From positions 10,602,001 through 10,666,000 of the forward strand of contig JBHGNT010000009.1 in assembly GCA_043228905.1 (NCBI GenBank): 64,000 bases of DNA, written 5' to 3'. Below are positions 11,923-24,935 of the stretch, piece after piece. Below the pieces are notes generated by a model that was given only the letters and a program-made list of their open reading frames with translations, was not told where the DNA came from and ran no database searches. The stretch comes from Azolla caroliniana. Its lineage: Eukaryota; Plantae; Polypodiophyta. How positions within the stretch are numbered: position 1 is the first letter of the stretch; each line of letters starts with the position of its first letter. Made by a program: the position numbers and the translations under genes.

Positions 11923-12692
11923 CCGTTTTCCATGCACGGACCAAGCACATTGAGGTGCACTACCATTTCGTCCGTGAGCGTGTCCTTTCCGGTGAAGTCG
12001 AACTTCAGTACGTTCCGACGGATCGGCAAACTGCCGACATCTTCACCAAGCCTCTTGGTCTGGACAAGTTGCGGCAATTCTCATGTGCGCTCGGATTGCG
12101 TCACCTCGACGTGCCAAACTTGAGGGGGAGAACAGTCCCGAACGACCAAGACTGCGACACCGAGTCGGTTGACTCGGTTGTCAAGTTCGACTTCGGATCG
12201 GCTGAAGAAGCCAAGGGCGGACCTGCGGAAAAGTCCGGAAGCGGACAGAAGGGGAGCAGCCGAAGGAGAGAGCTGAAGCCAACCATGCATGGGGAAGATG
12301 ACGCCATCGAGGGCGAGAAAACCGAAGACAAGTTGGAGACAGCCAACTCGGACGAGAGCGAAAACCGATCGGAGGTAGCCGAGTCGGTTCGAATGTTTGA
12401 TTCAGATATGTTGAATCAACTGAGGCCCAAGCAGAAGAAAAGGCAGCAGGAGAAGCGTCAACACCGCAACAGCAGAAGAGCTGATAAGGGCCACATGAGC
12501 AGACAAGCCGACCGGAAGGGTCGAAGCGCTCGGAGTCGAACAGGTCGTGGAGCGCAAGCGAGGCGTGAAGCCAGGAGGAACCAGAGCTGTGAGCCCGAAG
12601 ATCCCGAAGAGCCTCAAGTTGAGCTTGAGGGGGAGGGGAGTGTTGAGAGACAAGCTCAACATCGGCCGGATCAGTTGGGACTGATCGGTTAG
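11923..12692 (+). pseudogene. pol: C2 RNase H C-terminus plus a long charged tail that reads into the 3' LTR
   Basis: VFHARTKHIEVHYHF...QTADIFTKPL, followed by about 180 in-frame acidic then basic residues. Confidence 0.85.
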
Positions 12693-13437
12693 GCCAAATA
12701 CGTAAACCAGTATGCAGACCAGTGCGTAGGTAGGGCCGGATCGGTGCGTAAACCGGGAGGCCGTTAGGAAAGATATTCCGTGAGGAATATATTTGGGAGT
12801 TAGTGTAGGAGCTCTTAATGAGCATTGAAGTACTGTCAGTCCTTCTAGGACTTGTATAAAAGTGTTCATTCAACACACATATGTATGATGTGGTGAATAG
12901 AGATTGAGTACTTTTGTTGAATATAGTTCTCGTGTTTTCTCTCTCTCACTCTCTCTGTGTCTCCCGCATATACTACGTAAGCTCAACCTCTCCATTAAAC
13001 CTGAGTTTTCTTCCTTCTGTTCGGTCTTCATACATGCTTCCGCACGTTACTTTTTATAATTGTCCCATAGGCATGCCAGGTGTTACCCATATAGGTGTAT
13101 GCGGGGGTTAAGGGTGTAATGTGTAAGGTGCAATGTATAATGTGTGAGTGTGAGGAAGAGTGTGTACACATGCACATTTGGTTTTTTGTGTGCATGTGTA
13201 CAAATGTGAGAGAGTGGGGTAAGTAGGTGTAAATACTCCCATTTGGCTTTTTTATTGTCTTGGACAATATAAACCCCACCCATGGGGCATGAAATGAAGG
13301 AAGAATAGTGAAGTTATCCTCAAACTTGTGTCTGTCTCGATTTTCCCTCTCATTCTCAGTGTGTCTCTCTCCCTGCACACTCAAACCCCCTTGGGGGGCG
13401 GGGGGGAACCATTCTTGGCTCCACCCCCCAACCATCA

Positions 13438-14582
13438 GTATAATCGCTAATTCGGCCCGATTGGTTAGTCCTTCTACAACCAATCTATCAAGGTCAAATG
13501 AGACAATTTTGCAGACTTTCATAGGCTGGGTCGGGTTGAAGAGTATTGAGTCTCCATTGAAGACAACATCGTTGCTCTGGATCAATTTCCAGTTCTATGG
13601 ATCCAATAGCCGATAGCCGAAATCCCCATGGGTGTCATAACCGAGAAATATACACTTCAGTGCATGGGGTGTCAGCATGGGGGCGTAGGCATTGCATTCG
13701 AATATACGGAGTCTATCATAGGTTGGTTGTTTGCAAGACCATAGTGCATGTGACATTTCGAGCCACACTACTCTCGATAGTGATAGATTTATAAAGTCGA
13801 CAGTCGTCTGTAGTGCCTCGGCCCAGAATTCACTTGGTGTCATGATCATATCTCCATTTCGGCTAACCACCGAGAGAAGACCTTGAGTGCTTCGTCTTTC
13901 GACCTAATCGAGTAGGCCCAAGCCTTTCGTGTACAGTCATCTACAAATGTGATGTTGTACCTGGAGCCTCCTAGTAACCTTTCGAGCATTAGCCCACATA
14001 TATCTATGTGGACCTGTTCTAAGGGTTGTCATACCGTCTCATAATGGAGAGGGTGTGGAGTTTGGGTCCCTTTCCAGTAACGACAATACTCACAGAAGTC
14101 TGCCTTCATTTGGAGCTTCGGGATGTAGTTGATCGCCATTAGCCAATCAAGTTCAGCTTGAGACATATGGTCGAGTCGGCCATGCCATAGATTTGAATCC
14201 TGTGATTCAGCTACGTTCGTTGTGCCCTCTGGATTGATTGCCATCAGCGGATACATGTTATTGTACTTGCATCCACACCGAATTTTCATGTTTCCTCGGA
14301 TGATCACCCATGACGACTCGCTTAGACTTGTCTAATACCTAGCTTTGGCTAGCATACCAATGGAGACCAAACTTCTCTTCAACGTAGGTTGCTGGACTTG
14401 GTGCAGGATGATGGTATTGCCATTCGGCAATTGAATGGGAACTTTTCCAATCCCTGTGATTACGCACTCCTACCCATTGCCTAGTCGGACTATGTGACTG
14501 GCACCGGCCGAATAGTCCGAAATCCATTCGATGTTGGGGTTCATGTGAAATGTGGCGTTGGATTCTAGTAGCCACGTTCGAG
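13438..14582 (-). pseudogene. pol: Old decayed Copia PR-INT fragment (host layer)
   Basis: TWLLESNATFH protease, LWHGRLDH...FCEYC, FWAEAL and KCIFLGY...GYRLLDP; resembles C5. Confidence 0.8.
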
Positions 14583-15130
14583 TGTCTTGCATGTTGTATA
14601 GGACTTGATTAGGCAACAACTCCTCCAAGGAGAGGATTTCTCCGGACCACGTTCAGATTCTCGTTCCTTTGGTATCTGACTCAAGGTCTCGTGGTTCGGA
14701 AACAGGAAATGTGGATGGTTTATGCACAGTAGTGCACGGCTTATACAAACGAAACACAATAAGTTCACCTAGAATAATACTGGATCAAGTTGCAGTATCT
14801 ATGTAGTCTATGGATTGAGCCGGCTACAACTAATTGGCTACTTATAGCACACAGTAACCGACTAGTGACTCTTTGACACAGACCCAAAGTATAGCACACA
14901 AACATTCTATTAATCTGCTAGACTCAATACAACTGATAAACGTTTTACAAAGCTCCATGTCTCATTTTATAGGGAGCATGGACGGTTACATCTAGAACAT
15001 GAACGACTACTACTTCCTTTAATTATAGTAGAAGCATTATGTTATATTTCAACTCCCCCTCCAGCCCCACTTTGACTCGTACTTGTCCTTAAGACCCTTT
15101 CACACTTTGGTTGTCCTGGTCGGCCAACTC
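14583..15130 (-). mobile_element. 3' LTR of extra-ORF Gypsy copy E2 (minus strand)
   Basis: Lies directly after the tRNA-like motif 15132-15170; minus-strand CTATAAAA at about 14965; ends ...AAGACA at the junction with the Copia PR fragment. Confidence 0.65.
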
Positions 15131-16188
15131 ATGGCATGCCTGTCGAACAATGCCTTGCACGATCGAACCCAAAAATCCGGCTACGCTTCGTCAAAGATGT
15201 GCAAAATGTTCGGCTCTTGCTGAGCCAATTCACCGTTGCTAGTGGTGGTGTCGTCGGGTGGTGTCGGAGCGTACTCTGTTTGTTCGTCCCCTACTATCTA
15301 TTCCATTGTGGCCGCGATTGGATGCACTTCGTCATTCGCCCCTTTTGAATGGGGTTCCTTGTTTAGTATAGGTCAGGCTGATTCATCGAGATTATCTTCC
15401 TCCTCCAGCTGCCAAGTGGTTAAGTCTTGCTATGTTTTCTCCATCGGCCCCGATTGGGGTTGGTCGCTTCTCTCCTTTGTCCTGTTCTTCTCGGCTTTCT
15501 CTACATGTTCGCCTACATGGTATATTTGGTTGGCTAAATCTGGGGATTGTTCACTTGATTCGTTGTTGAGAAGATTGATATGTACTTTCTCTTGCCCATC
15601 CGCTAGGTCACCTTCTACCTGAATTTGTGTGCAGAAAATAACGCTCGGCCACAACCAAGCCTTAAACAACGAATGGAAGAAAAAACAAACTAACAACTGG
15701 ATGACACAGTATGTTTACGTGGAAACCCTAAATGGGAAAAACCATGGGAGCCACGGACTCCAGCTATCACAATAAGGGGAGGAATACAATGTGAGACTTA
15801 GAGGCAACGACCTCAAGCTCTATGTCTTTGCCAATCGGCAGTTACAACAGAAAACTCGTTCTGTGTGTGTGTCTCTCTCTCACTCACTCTCTGTGTACAC
15901 TCTATCAACACTCACTCTCTCACTACTAATGTAATTGCCCTAAGTCATATTTATACTTATATGACATTTGGCCTATTTACAAATATAGCCTCGATGGGCT
16001 CACCATGAAACATATTTACACATATATCCTTGGATCTGGTTTGCACCGGATCCATCCGGATTAACTTAATCTGGTTTCCGGGTCTCATCCAGAACCCTTC
16101 TGGATCCGGATTCAGTTCCTTCATCTGGCTCCTCCGGTTCTCATCCGGATCCCATCCGGAGGGACCGAATTCCCAACAAACTCACCCT

Positions 16189-19100
16189 TCACGTTGGCAT
16201 GGGATTTCTCGTTAATCCGAACCATCTTCGGCACACGTCTAGCTTGTCAGTTAGAAGCACCTTGGTCAGCATATCCGATCCGTTCTCCTTCGTGTGCATC
16301 TTCGTCAACACGAAGTCTTGATCTTCTACCTTCTCCCGGAGCCAGTGATATCTCCTCTAGATGTGCTTGGTCCGGGAATGGTAGGCCGCATTCTTCGCAA
16401 GGTGGATGACACTTTGACTGTCGCAGTAGAGCCGGTATTCCTCCTATCAGATTCCTAGCTCTCCGATGAAGTCCTTCATCCACATTACTTCCTTCCCGGG
16501 TTCCACAACTGCCATATACTCCGCTTCCATTGTTGATAGTGCAACGGACTTCTGCGGCCTCGACTGCCATGATACGGCTCCCCTTGCGTAAGTCATGACA
16601 TATCCGGATGTAGACCGGTTGGTATCTGCATCGGCCGACATATCCAAATCTGTGAATCTATCAAGTTGGGGTTTACCTGAGCTGACGTGCCTTTCAAGTA
16701 TCGGAGTATCCACTTGACCGCGTTCCAGTGCTCTTTTCCGGGATTGCTCATGAACCGGCTCACCACTCCGACTACACATCCGATATCCAACTGGGTGCAC
16801 ACCATTGCATACATTAGACTTCTGACAGTAGAGGCATATGGTCCCTTCATCATATCCATCTTCTCTGCCTTCATCTTCGGGCTTTGTTTTCCGGATAGCT
16901 TGCAGTTTTCCGGGAGTGCCGATCCGACCAGTTTTGCCTCCGATATGTTGAACCGTTGAAGCACCTTTGTCACATACTTCTCTTGTGACAACCACAACTT
17001 CTTCGACCGGTCACGGATGATGTGCATCCCCAAAATCTGTCTTGCCAGACCCAAATCTTTCATTGAGAAGGTCTAGTTCAGACCCTTCTTCAGCATTACG
17101 ATCTTGGTTCGGTCAGGTCTGACGATCAACATGTCATCCACGTATAGGAGTATCAGGAAATCGCCTCCGCCGAATTTCTTCACAAACACGCAGTGGTCAG
17201 CTTGCGTCTTGTGGTACCCTTGGTCGTTCATGAAGGAGTCGAACTTCTAGTATCATTGCTGGGGAGCTTGCTTCAATCCGTACAAGCTCTTCTTCAGCCG
17301 GCACACCAGGTGCTCCTTCCCTTTCTTCTCAAATCCTTCCGGTTGATGCATGTAAATCTCTTCTTCGAGGTTGCCATGTAGGAATGTTGTCTTGACGTCC
17401 AGTTTGTCTACCTCGAGTTCCATGATTGCTGCTATGCTCAATACCGTCCGGATGGATGTCATCTTTACAACTGGGGCAAAGATCTCACTGAAATCCACAC
17501 CTTTCTTCTGTTGGAAACCCTTCACTACGATCTGGGCCTTGTACCACGGTGGATTTCCGGCGTCTCCCAGTTTCAGCTTGTACACTCACTTATTCTGGAG
17601 TGCTCTCTTTCCTTTCGGCAACTCCATCAATTCATATGTGTGGTTCTCATGCAGGGAATCCATCTCGTCCTGCATGGCACTTAACCACTTGCGGTTGTGG
17701 GTGTCTTTCTTAGTTTCCTTGAAGCTTTCCGGCTCCCCCTCGTCAATCAGCAATACGTGCTCTACAACCGGAAATCTCCGATGGGCTTTTCTCTCTCTAA
17801 AAGGGTATATCCGTCTTTGGTCTTTGACAACCAGTTCCTTCGTTTGTTCCTCATCCGAATCCAATTCGGGATCTTGTCCGGTTCCGGTGTCTTCTTCTTC
17901 TTCTTCTTCGGTCGGTTTGGTTTCTTGTCTGAATCTGGCTGGTTCATCAAGTGTCAATCTGTTATTGGCTACCTTTCGGTTTTCAACCAGGTAGGTCCTT
18001 GTGTCCTCAAAACGGTTTTCATTTGATGATCTGGAGTTCTTCACCTTCTTCTCTAACTCCCAGTCGGCAATGGTCATATCTTCCATGAAGACTATATCCG
18101 GACTCCGGAACACCTTCTTGTCGACAAGATCCCATACTTGATATCCGAACTCATCATTGTTGTATCCAAGGAATATGCATGGCTAGGTCTTCGGATCCAA
18201 CTTTGCTCTCTTGTTCTTTGCGACATGCACATATGCGAGACAACCAAACACCTTCAGATGCCGGTAAGACACGTCTTTACCGGTCCATACTTTCTGCGGT
18301 GAGTCTCCTTCCAAGGCGCCTCAGCCCAAAACGTCTTGGGTAACTTGGCATGTGCTAGCATTCTTCGGACTCTCTCCATTACGGTCTGGTCCATTCGTTC
18401 AACCAACCTGTTCAATTCCGGCGTCTTTGGCACGGTAAATTCGAGCTGGTTTCCCTTCGACCGGCAGTACTCCTCGAACTGCCCCTGGTATTCTCCTTCA
18501 TTATCTACTCGAACCGCCTTCAGCTTCCGACCGGTTTCTCTTTCCACTCTTTTGTGGAGCTCCCTAAAGACGGATAACACCTTATCCTTTGTCTTCAACG
18601 GTGAGACCCACAACTTCCGGTTGTGGTTGTCTATGAACGTCACAAAGTACTGCGATCCGGCATGTGACTTCATGTCCACTTGACACACATCGGTATGCAC
18701 CCGCTCCAATGGTGCATTTTGTCTCATCGGTGGTCTTGACCGGAAGGAGGTTCGGTTTTGCTTGCGGCCAAGCAATCAGTGCACTTCTCAAGTTGCACGT
18801 CCTTCAACGGAATGAGATTGACTTTGGCAAGTCTCTTCATCCCCTTCTGACTCATGTGACACAACCTCTTGTGCCACAACTCACCGGTAGTATCGGATGC
18901 TACGTTCACTTCTTCCCGGCATATCTGGGCATGCATCAGATACAACGTGTTGATCTTCCGGGCTTGAGCCACGATCAAGCTTCCTTTGCTGAATTTCATG
19001 ACTCCGTTCCGAATGCTACCCGTGTAGCCTTCATCATCTAGCCGACCAGCTGATATCAGGTTCAACTGAACCTCTGGAACGTGTCGGACTTCTTCCAGCA

Positions 19101-19654
19101 GCAATTTGCATCCGATTGATGTCATCAACAACACATCTCCTATGCCAACAATTCGGCATGTACCTTCATTCCCCATCCGGACACGACCATGATCTCCGGC
19201 TATGTAGGATGAGAAGCATTTTTGGTTCGGTGTCAAATGGAACGATGCTCCGGAATCGACAACCCACGTTGTCTCGTCGCCGAAAAGGTTTAACTCATTC
19301 TCCTCGGCAATGAGCATGAGTTCTTCTTCATTTGTCACAATCGTCGACATTCCTTTCCGATTCAGACCTCTCCGGTCCGAACTCTTCTTCAGATCGGTGG
19401 TGTCGGCCCCTTTCTATTTCTGGAAATGCCGATAGTTCTTCTAGAAGTGCCCAGGCTTCCGACAGTAGAAGCAAGTAGGCCTCCCCCTTGACTTCGACCT
19501 CGTCCCCAATTTGTCCCGGTTTTCGGGACTCCAATACAGGCCTCTTCCCCGGTTTTGGTCATCTTCCGTGACCAAGGCCTTCGGATCGGTTCCAAACTCC
19601 CGGTCCTTCCGGCGAGCTTCTTCATCTAGCAGGCTTAATTTTTCCCTTGCAAGG
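16189..19654 (-). pseudogene. pol: C3 pol (PR-INT-RT-RH), decayed; its gag continues at 30451-30965
   Basis: WVVDSGASFH, HTDVCQ, YKAQIVVKG and SWQSRPQKSVALST; multiple stops and frameshifts relative to intact C7. Confidence 0.9.
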
Positions 19655-22600
19655 TGTTGAGAATCAAGCTCAACATAGTGCAACGTGTGAACACACATTT
19701 TGAGAATCCATGATTACTCAAAGGTCAAGAGTCACACCACTAATCTCTACACATTAACTATGTGTCATAAAATCATATTCTATGACACATAACTATTGAG
19801 TTACATATTCCCAATGACTATGAGTCTTCACATTCCCCAAGAGAGAGAGTGGTTGTTGTAAAGTTAATGAAGAGAGAGGGTGACTCTATATAAAGCACCC
19901 TCCTCATACTTCATACTAAGTCGGTTGTGACTCCTTATTATGCTACATTTTGTAATTCTTATTCTACTTGTGAAATATACACCTTCTTCTTGAGTATTCC
20001 TTTTTCTACCTATCTTGTGTTCTCTCATCTCTCCTCCAATTCCTCTGACTTATACACATAATACACATCTCTTCCGCTACACAAGAATCATACCTGATTC
20101 TTTACATGGTAGCAAAGCAATTTGGTAGCTCAATCTAGCCCACTCGCCTCATCATGATTGTGTGTTGTGCTCTACGTTGACGTTCAAGAAGAACCGGCTT
20201 ATCGTTGTCGTAGTACTACTACATAGCTCGTGTTCGAGAGAGAAGAAAAAGAAGAAAGGAAGCTTAATCGACAATGAATACTCAAATGAGGAGCGCTTTC
20301 CCTAGCGAGAAGTTGGATCGCAACAACTTTGCATCTTAGGACTACAAGATGCACTAATACCTTGTCGGCCAAGGCTATTGGACTTACATCAAGGGAGCAC
20401 AAGAAAACTGACCCGACCCGAAAGATGCCGACTACGCATCATGGGAGGAAGCGGCGAGTCGATTAATGTATTGCTTGGAGACATGTCTACACGACCACAT
20501 GCTCAGCTACATTCGAGAAGTCGGGACGCCAAAGGAAGTGTGGGAGAATCTACGAAAGATTTTCGCCGCCAACACGACCGCGAGGAAGCTTCAACTCCGC
20601 CAAGAGTTGAATAATATCCAACAAAGGGATATGTCCATCACAAGATACTCTTTGAAGATCAAGGAGCTTTGCGACTCGCTCAGCTCGATAAGGGTCAATG
20701 TGGACGATGATGAGATGGTGCAAATATGCCTCGGCAGCCTTGCACCACGGTTTAGCACGATGAGGACTGTCATACTAGCACGAGAGAATCCTCCCTCCTT
20801 CTTCGATCTTCAATCCATGTGGTTGGTCGAAGAAAATCATGTTCGAACAAGGAGTAACACCTCGAAAGGCCACATGCTCTACACGCATTTGGACGGAGGA
20901 AGAGGACGCGGCCGTGCAAGAAGAGGCCGATTCGGCCAAGTACGAGGTGGACGAGGCCCGACTTATGAAAACAACTCTCAATTACGGCAACAAGATGGAG
21001 GCCATCGAGGAACCCTCGGAAGAAGGGGGAGCCAGCATTCCGGTCCGAGCCGACAAAACTCGGTCGAATGCGGATATTGCGGAAAAATCGGTCACCGTGA
21101 AGGAGAATGCCATAAGAAGATACGCGAGTCGGCTTCCACTAACCGACAACTCACCAATTACGCTGACTACAGTGGATTATTCGTAATGAGACATAGAGCG
21201 AATTCTATGTCGGCCTCTACTTCTACTAGTGCCTCCGGCTCGGAAGACGTATGTTTCGTCGATTCCGGTGCCTTGAACCATATGACATCGCCTCAAGAAT
21301 GGTTCCGAGAACATCGAGAGCCGGAACGACCCGGCTATGTCGAAACCGGAGACGACACTATGCATCTGATTCGGCAAATCGGAAATGTTCCATTCGGAGA
21401 AGAAGGTAAGCAAACTTACATTAAAAATGTCTTGCATGTACCAACTATCATGAAGAATTTAGTCTCCATCGGCCACATTGTAGAGCAAGGAATGCAAGTT
21501 CGATTTAATCAAGGCGGTTGCTTCATCGAAAAAGAGGGCCGACTCATCGCGCGCGGACGAAGAGAGGGCCGAATTTTCATTCTCGACTCGCACGAGATGA
21601 AATCGGCCATGTTCGCAAAAGGCACAAAAAGCGGAGTCCGACATAGAGTTATGGCACAAGTGGATTGGCCATATCAACCTTCAAAAGCTCAAGGCGATGC
21701 AATCGAAAGGAGTCGTCATTAGACTCTCGACCTTCAAAGAAAGAGACATTGAAGGCATATTTGCGGCTTGCCAATTCGGCAAGCAACATCGGCATCCATT
21801 TCCAAAGGAGAGGAATGTAAGCAAAGGCATACTCCACGTAATTCATTCCGATGTATGGGGACTGGCTCAAACGGCAACATTCGGCAGATGCTGATACTAC
21901 GTGACCTTTATTGCCGACTTCTCTAGGCACACTTGGATCTACCCGATGTGGCAAAAGAGCGAAGTGTTCAGACACTTCCAAAAATTCAAGAGTGGAGTCG
22001 AAAAAGCTACGAGTCGACACATACAGTGCCTTCGATCGAATGGAGGCACGGAATATTTCTCGGATGAGTTTATGGCGTATCTACGGAAAGAAGGAATTTG
22101 GCGAGATTTTTCATGTCGACATACACCACAACAAAACGGAGTGGCCGAACGAAAGAATCGGAACATCCTCGAAGTAGCACGGGCCATGATGAACAAAAAG
22201 CACGTGCCAAAGTCGTACTGGGCAAAATCGGCTAACACGACCGTATACCTCATGAATTGGTGTATGACATCCGGCGTGCATGATCTCACGCCACACAAGA
22301 AGTTTTTTGGAAAGAAGTCGGACCTATTGCATTTTCGGATATTCGGCTCCATTGTGTATGTGCACATCCCTGACGAAAAGCGACAAAAGCTTGACCCGAA
22401 GTCGAAGAAATGTATCCTCATCGAATACTCATTGGAGCAAAAGGGGTACAAGTGATACAACCCCTCGACTCGAAAATTTTGCGTAAGTCGAGACGTCGTC
22501 TTCAACGAGTCCGCATCTTGGTACGCACTAGAGACAACTACGCCTACGGCTCCGCTCGACCCGGAATCCGCTGAACAAGAGATAGAAAATGAAGATCGCA

Positions 22601-24927
22601 TCACACGCATATTCGAAGAAAGTCCGATCACGACCCGACTGAGTGGACCACAAGAGCCTTCGAGCGATCAAAGCACATCTCGACCGAGTCCAAAGCTAGA
22701 CAAAGGGAAGGCCAAAATGCCAAAGTATGAAGACGATCATTTCGACGGCATTGAATCGACTCACTCCCTTGATAGTGAGTTCGAAGGCCTTGACATCCGG
22801 ACAAATGGAATGAAGAAATCCTTAGAATCCGCAAACGAGAAGCTCCGCCGATCCACCAGTGAAAAGAACCTCGTAAGCCGATTCGGCTATGATGAGTACA
22901 TGGCGTACCATTATGCCTTTATGATGAAGGTTGCAATAGTACGGGAGCCGGAAACCTTTTCCGAAACCGCGAAGGACCCGCGATGGATCGAAGCAATGAA
23001 CGAGGAGATGCGTGCACTACCGAAGAACGACACATGGGATCTCGTTCCCCACTCACTGCACAAGAAGGCGATCGGATGTAGATGGATCTACAAGGTGAAG
23101 TATAATGCCGACAGCTCCGTCAACCGCTACAAAGCTCGACTCGTAGCGAAAGGATACGCACAAACACATGGCGTCGACTACGAAGAAACATTTGCCCCAG
23201 TGGCAAAGATGATGATTGTGCGGACCGTAATTCCACTCGCAGCGGCTAAAGGGTGGCACCTCCATCAAATGGACTTCAAGGCAAATTAGAAGAGGAGTTA
23301 TACATGATACAACCACCCGGCTTTGAATCCAACATCCATCTGAAAGTCATATGTCAACTCAAGAAGCCTCTCTACGGCCTCAAGTAAGCACCACACGCTT
23401 GGCATTCAAAGATTATGCAATATATTCATCAAATCGGCTTCTGAATGTCAAAATCTGACAACTCCCTCTATGTGTGAAACGACTCTGGAAGTCTGATTGT
23501 CATCATCGTCTACGTGGATGATCTGGTTATTGGAGGGGAGCATTTAGTCGACATCAACAAGGTGAAGTCCCTCCTCTCCAACAAATTCAAGATGACGGAC
23601 ATGAAGGAGCTTCATTACTTCCTAGGCATCGAGGTAATTCGGACTCCAGTTGGCATTATGATCTCTCAATTGCACTACATCCTCAACTTGTTATACAAGT
23701 TCGGGATGATTGAGTGCAAATCAATCACCACGCCTATTGATAGAAACCTCAAACTTGATGATGACTCTAGCATAGACGAGTGTGAGTTGACCCAATATCG
23801 TCAACTAATCGGGAGCCTCATCTATCTCACGATCACTCGACCCGACCTTAGCTATCCAGTCGGACTCCTTAGCCAATTCATGCAAACTCCGTGAGATATC
23901 CATTTCGATTGCGCTAAGCGAGTATTATGATACGTGAACGGCACAATGAATTACGGCGTATCGGCCCCACCAATACGACTCGAAGGGTACACAGACGCGG
24001 ACTGGGCAAGCTACAAAGCTAATCGACGATCGACCTCCGGATTTGTCTTCTTGCTCGGTAGCGGAGCAATATCTTGGAGTAGTAAGAAGCAGCCTACTGT
24101 CGCACTTTCGAGTACGGAGGCCGAATACAAGGGTGCAGTCGTAGCTGCATGTGAAGCCGTATGGCTCAAGACGATTTTGAAGGATCTGGGTGTCCCCATC
24201 AAGGATCCAACTCCCATTTACTGCGACAACATGAGCAGTATATATCTGGCTCAAAACCCGGTGTCGACAGGCCGGAGATGTCGACCTTCAACACATCAAC
24301 ACGAATCGTCAGATGGCCGACATCTTCACCAAAGCCTTAGAGCCAACAAGCTTCGGCAATTCATGTCAAACCTCAGATTGACGATTCCTAACGTGCCAAT
24401 CTTGAGGGGGAGTACAAGCGAGAACCGAATACTGTCCGAACCGGGTACGAGCCGAATGGAACACCGGAGATCATCCGAACCGGATACCAACCAAAGCGGA
24501 CATCAATCAAAAGGAACCAACCCAAGTTGAGCTTGAGGGGGTGTGTTGAGAATCAAGCTCAACATAGTGCAACGTGTGAACACACATTTTGAGAATCCAT
24601 GATTACTCAAAGGTCAAGAGTCACACTATTCCCCATGACTATGAGTCTTCACATTCCCCAAAAGAGAGAGTGGTTGTTGTAAAGTTAATGAAGAGAGAGG
24701 GTGACTCTATATAAAGCACCCTCCTCATACTTCATACTAAGTCGGTTATGACTCCTTATTATGCTACATTTTGTAATTCTTATTCTACTTGTGAAATATA
24801 CACCTTCTTCTTGAGTATTCCTTTTTCTACCTATCTTGTGTTCTCTCATCTCTCCTCAAATTCCTCTCACTCATACACATAACACACATCTCTTCCGCTA
24901 CACAAGAATCATACCCGATTCTTTACA
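19655..24927 (+). mobile_element. Bryco-like Copia C4 (LTRs 19655-20106 and 24544-24927), decayed gag-pol about 20274-24530
   Basis: TSD CAAGG; degenerate PBS TGGTAGCAAAGC at 20107; PPT about 24535-24543; Copia domains recognisable but interrupted. Confidence 0.93.
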
Positions 24928-24935
24928 CAAGGGAT

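Larger units (their letters stand above)
5521..13058 (+). mobile_element. Bryco-like Ty1/Copia element C2 (LTRs 5521-5974 and 12641-13058)
   Basis: Paired LTRs; TSD ATTGT (5516-5520 / 13059-13063); PBS TGGTATCAGAGC 5975-5986; PPT 12627-12640. Confidence 0.95.
5365..13437 (+). mobile_element. 3' end of extra-ORF Gypsy copy E1 (5365-5520 plus 13064-13080; 3' LTR 13081-13437), split by Copia C2
   Basis: Removing C2 at TSD ATTGT restores GGGTTCGACGTGCAATGCATTGTCCCATAGGCATGCCA-GG-TGTT, matching 57385-57429. The LTR is TG...CA with TATAAA at about 13268 followed by a CT-rich segment. Confidence 0.75.

Noticed and set aside
13064-13437. Ordinary minus-strand element with a normal Arg PBS
   Set aside because: TATA/CT-rich polarity of the LTR is plus, and the same motif in E3 and E2 sits at the 3' end of the coding strand. 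Kept only as alternative (c) in the top finding.
15052-15070. PPT of E2 with the LTR starting at 15051
   Set aside because: Homology with E1 and E3 places the LTR start at about 15130, right after the tRNA-like motif. Not fully excluded because the 5' LTR is absent.
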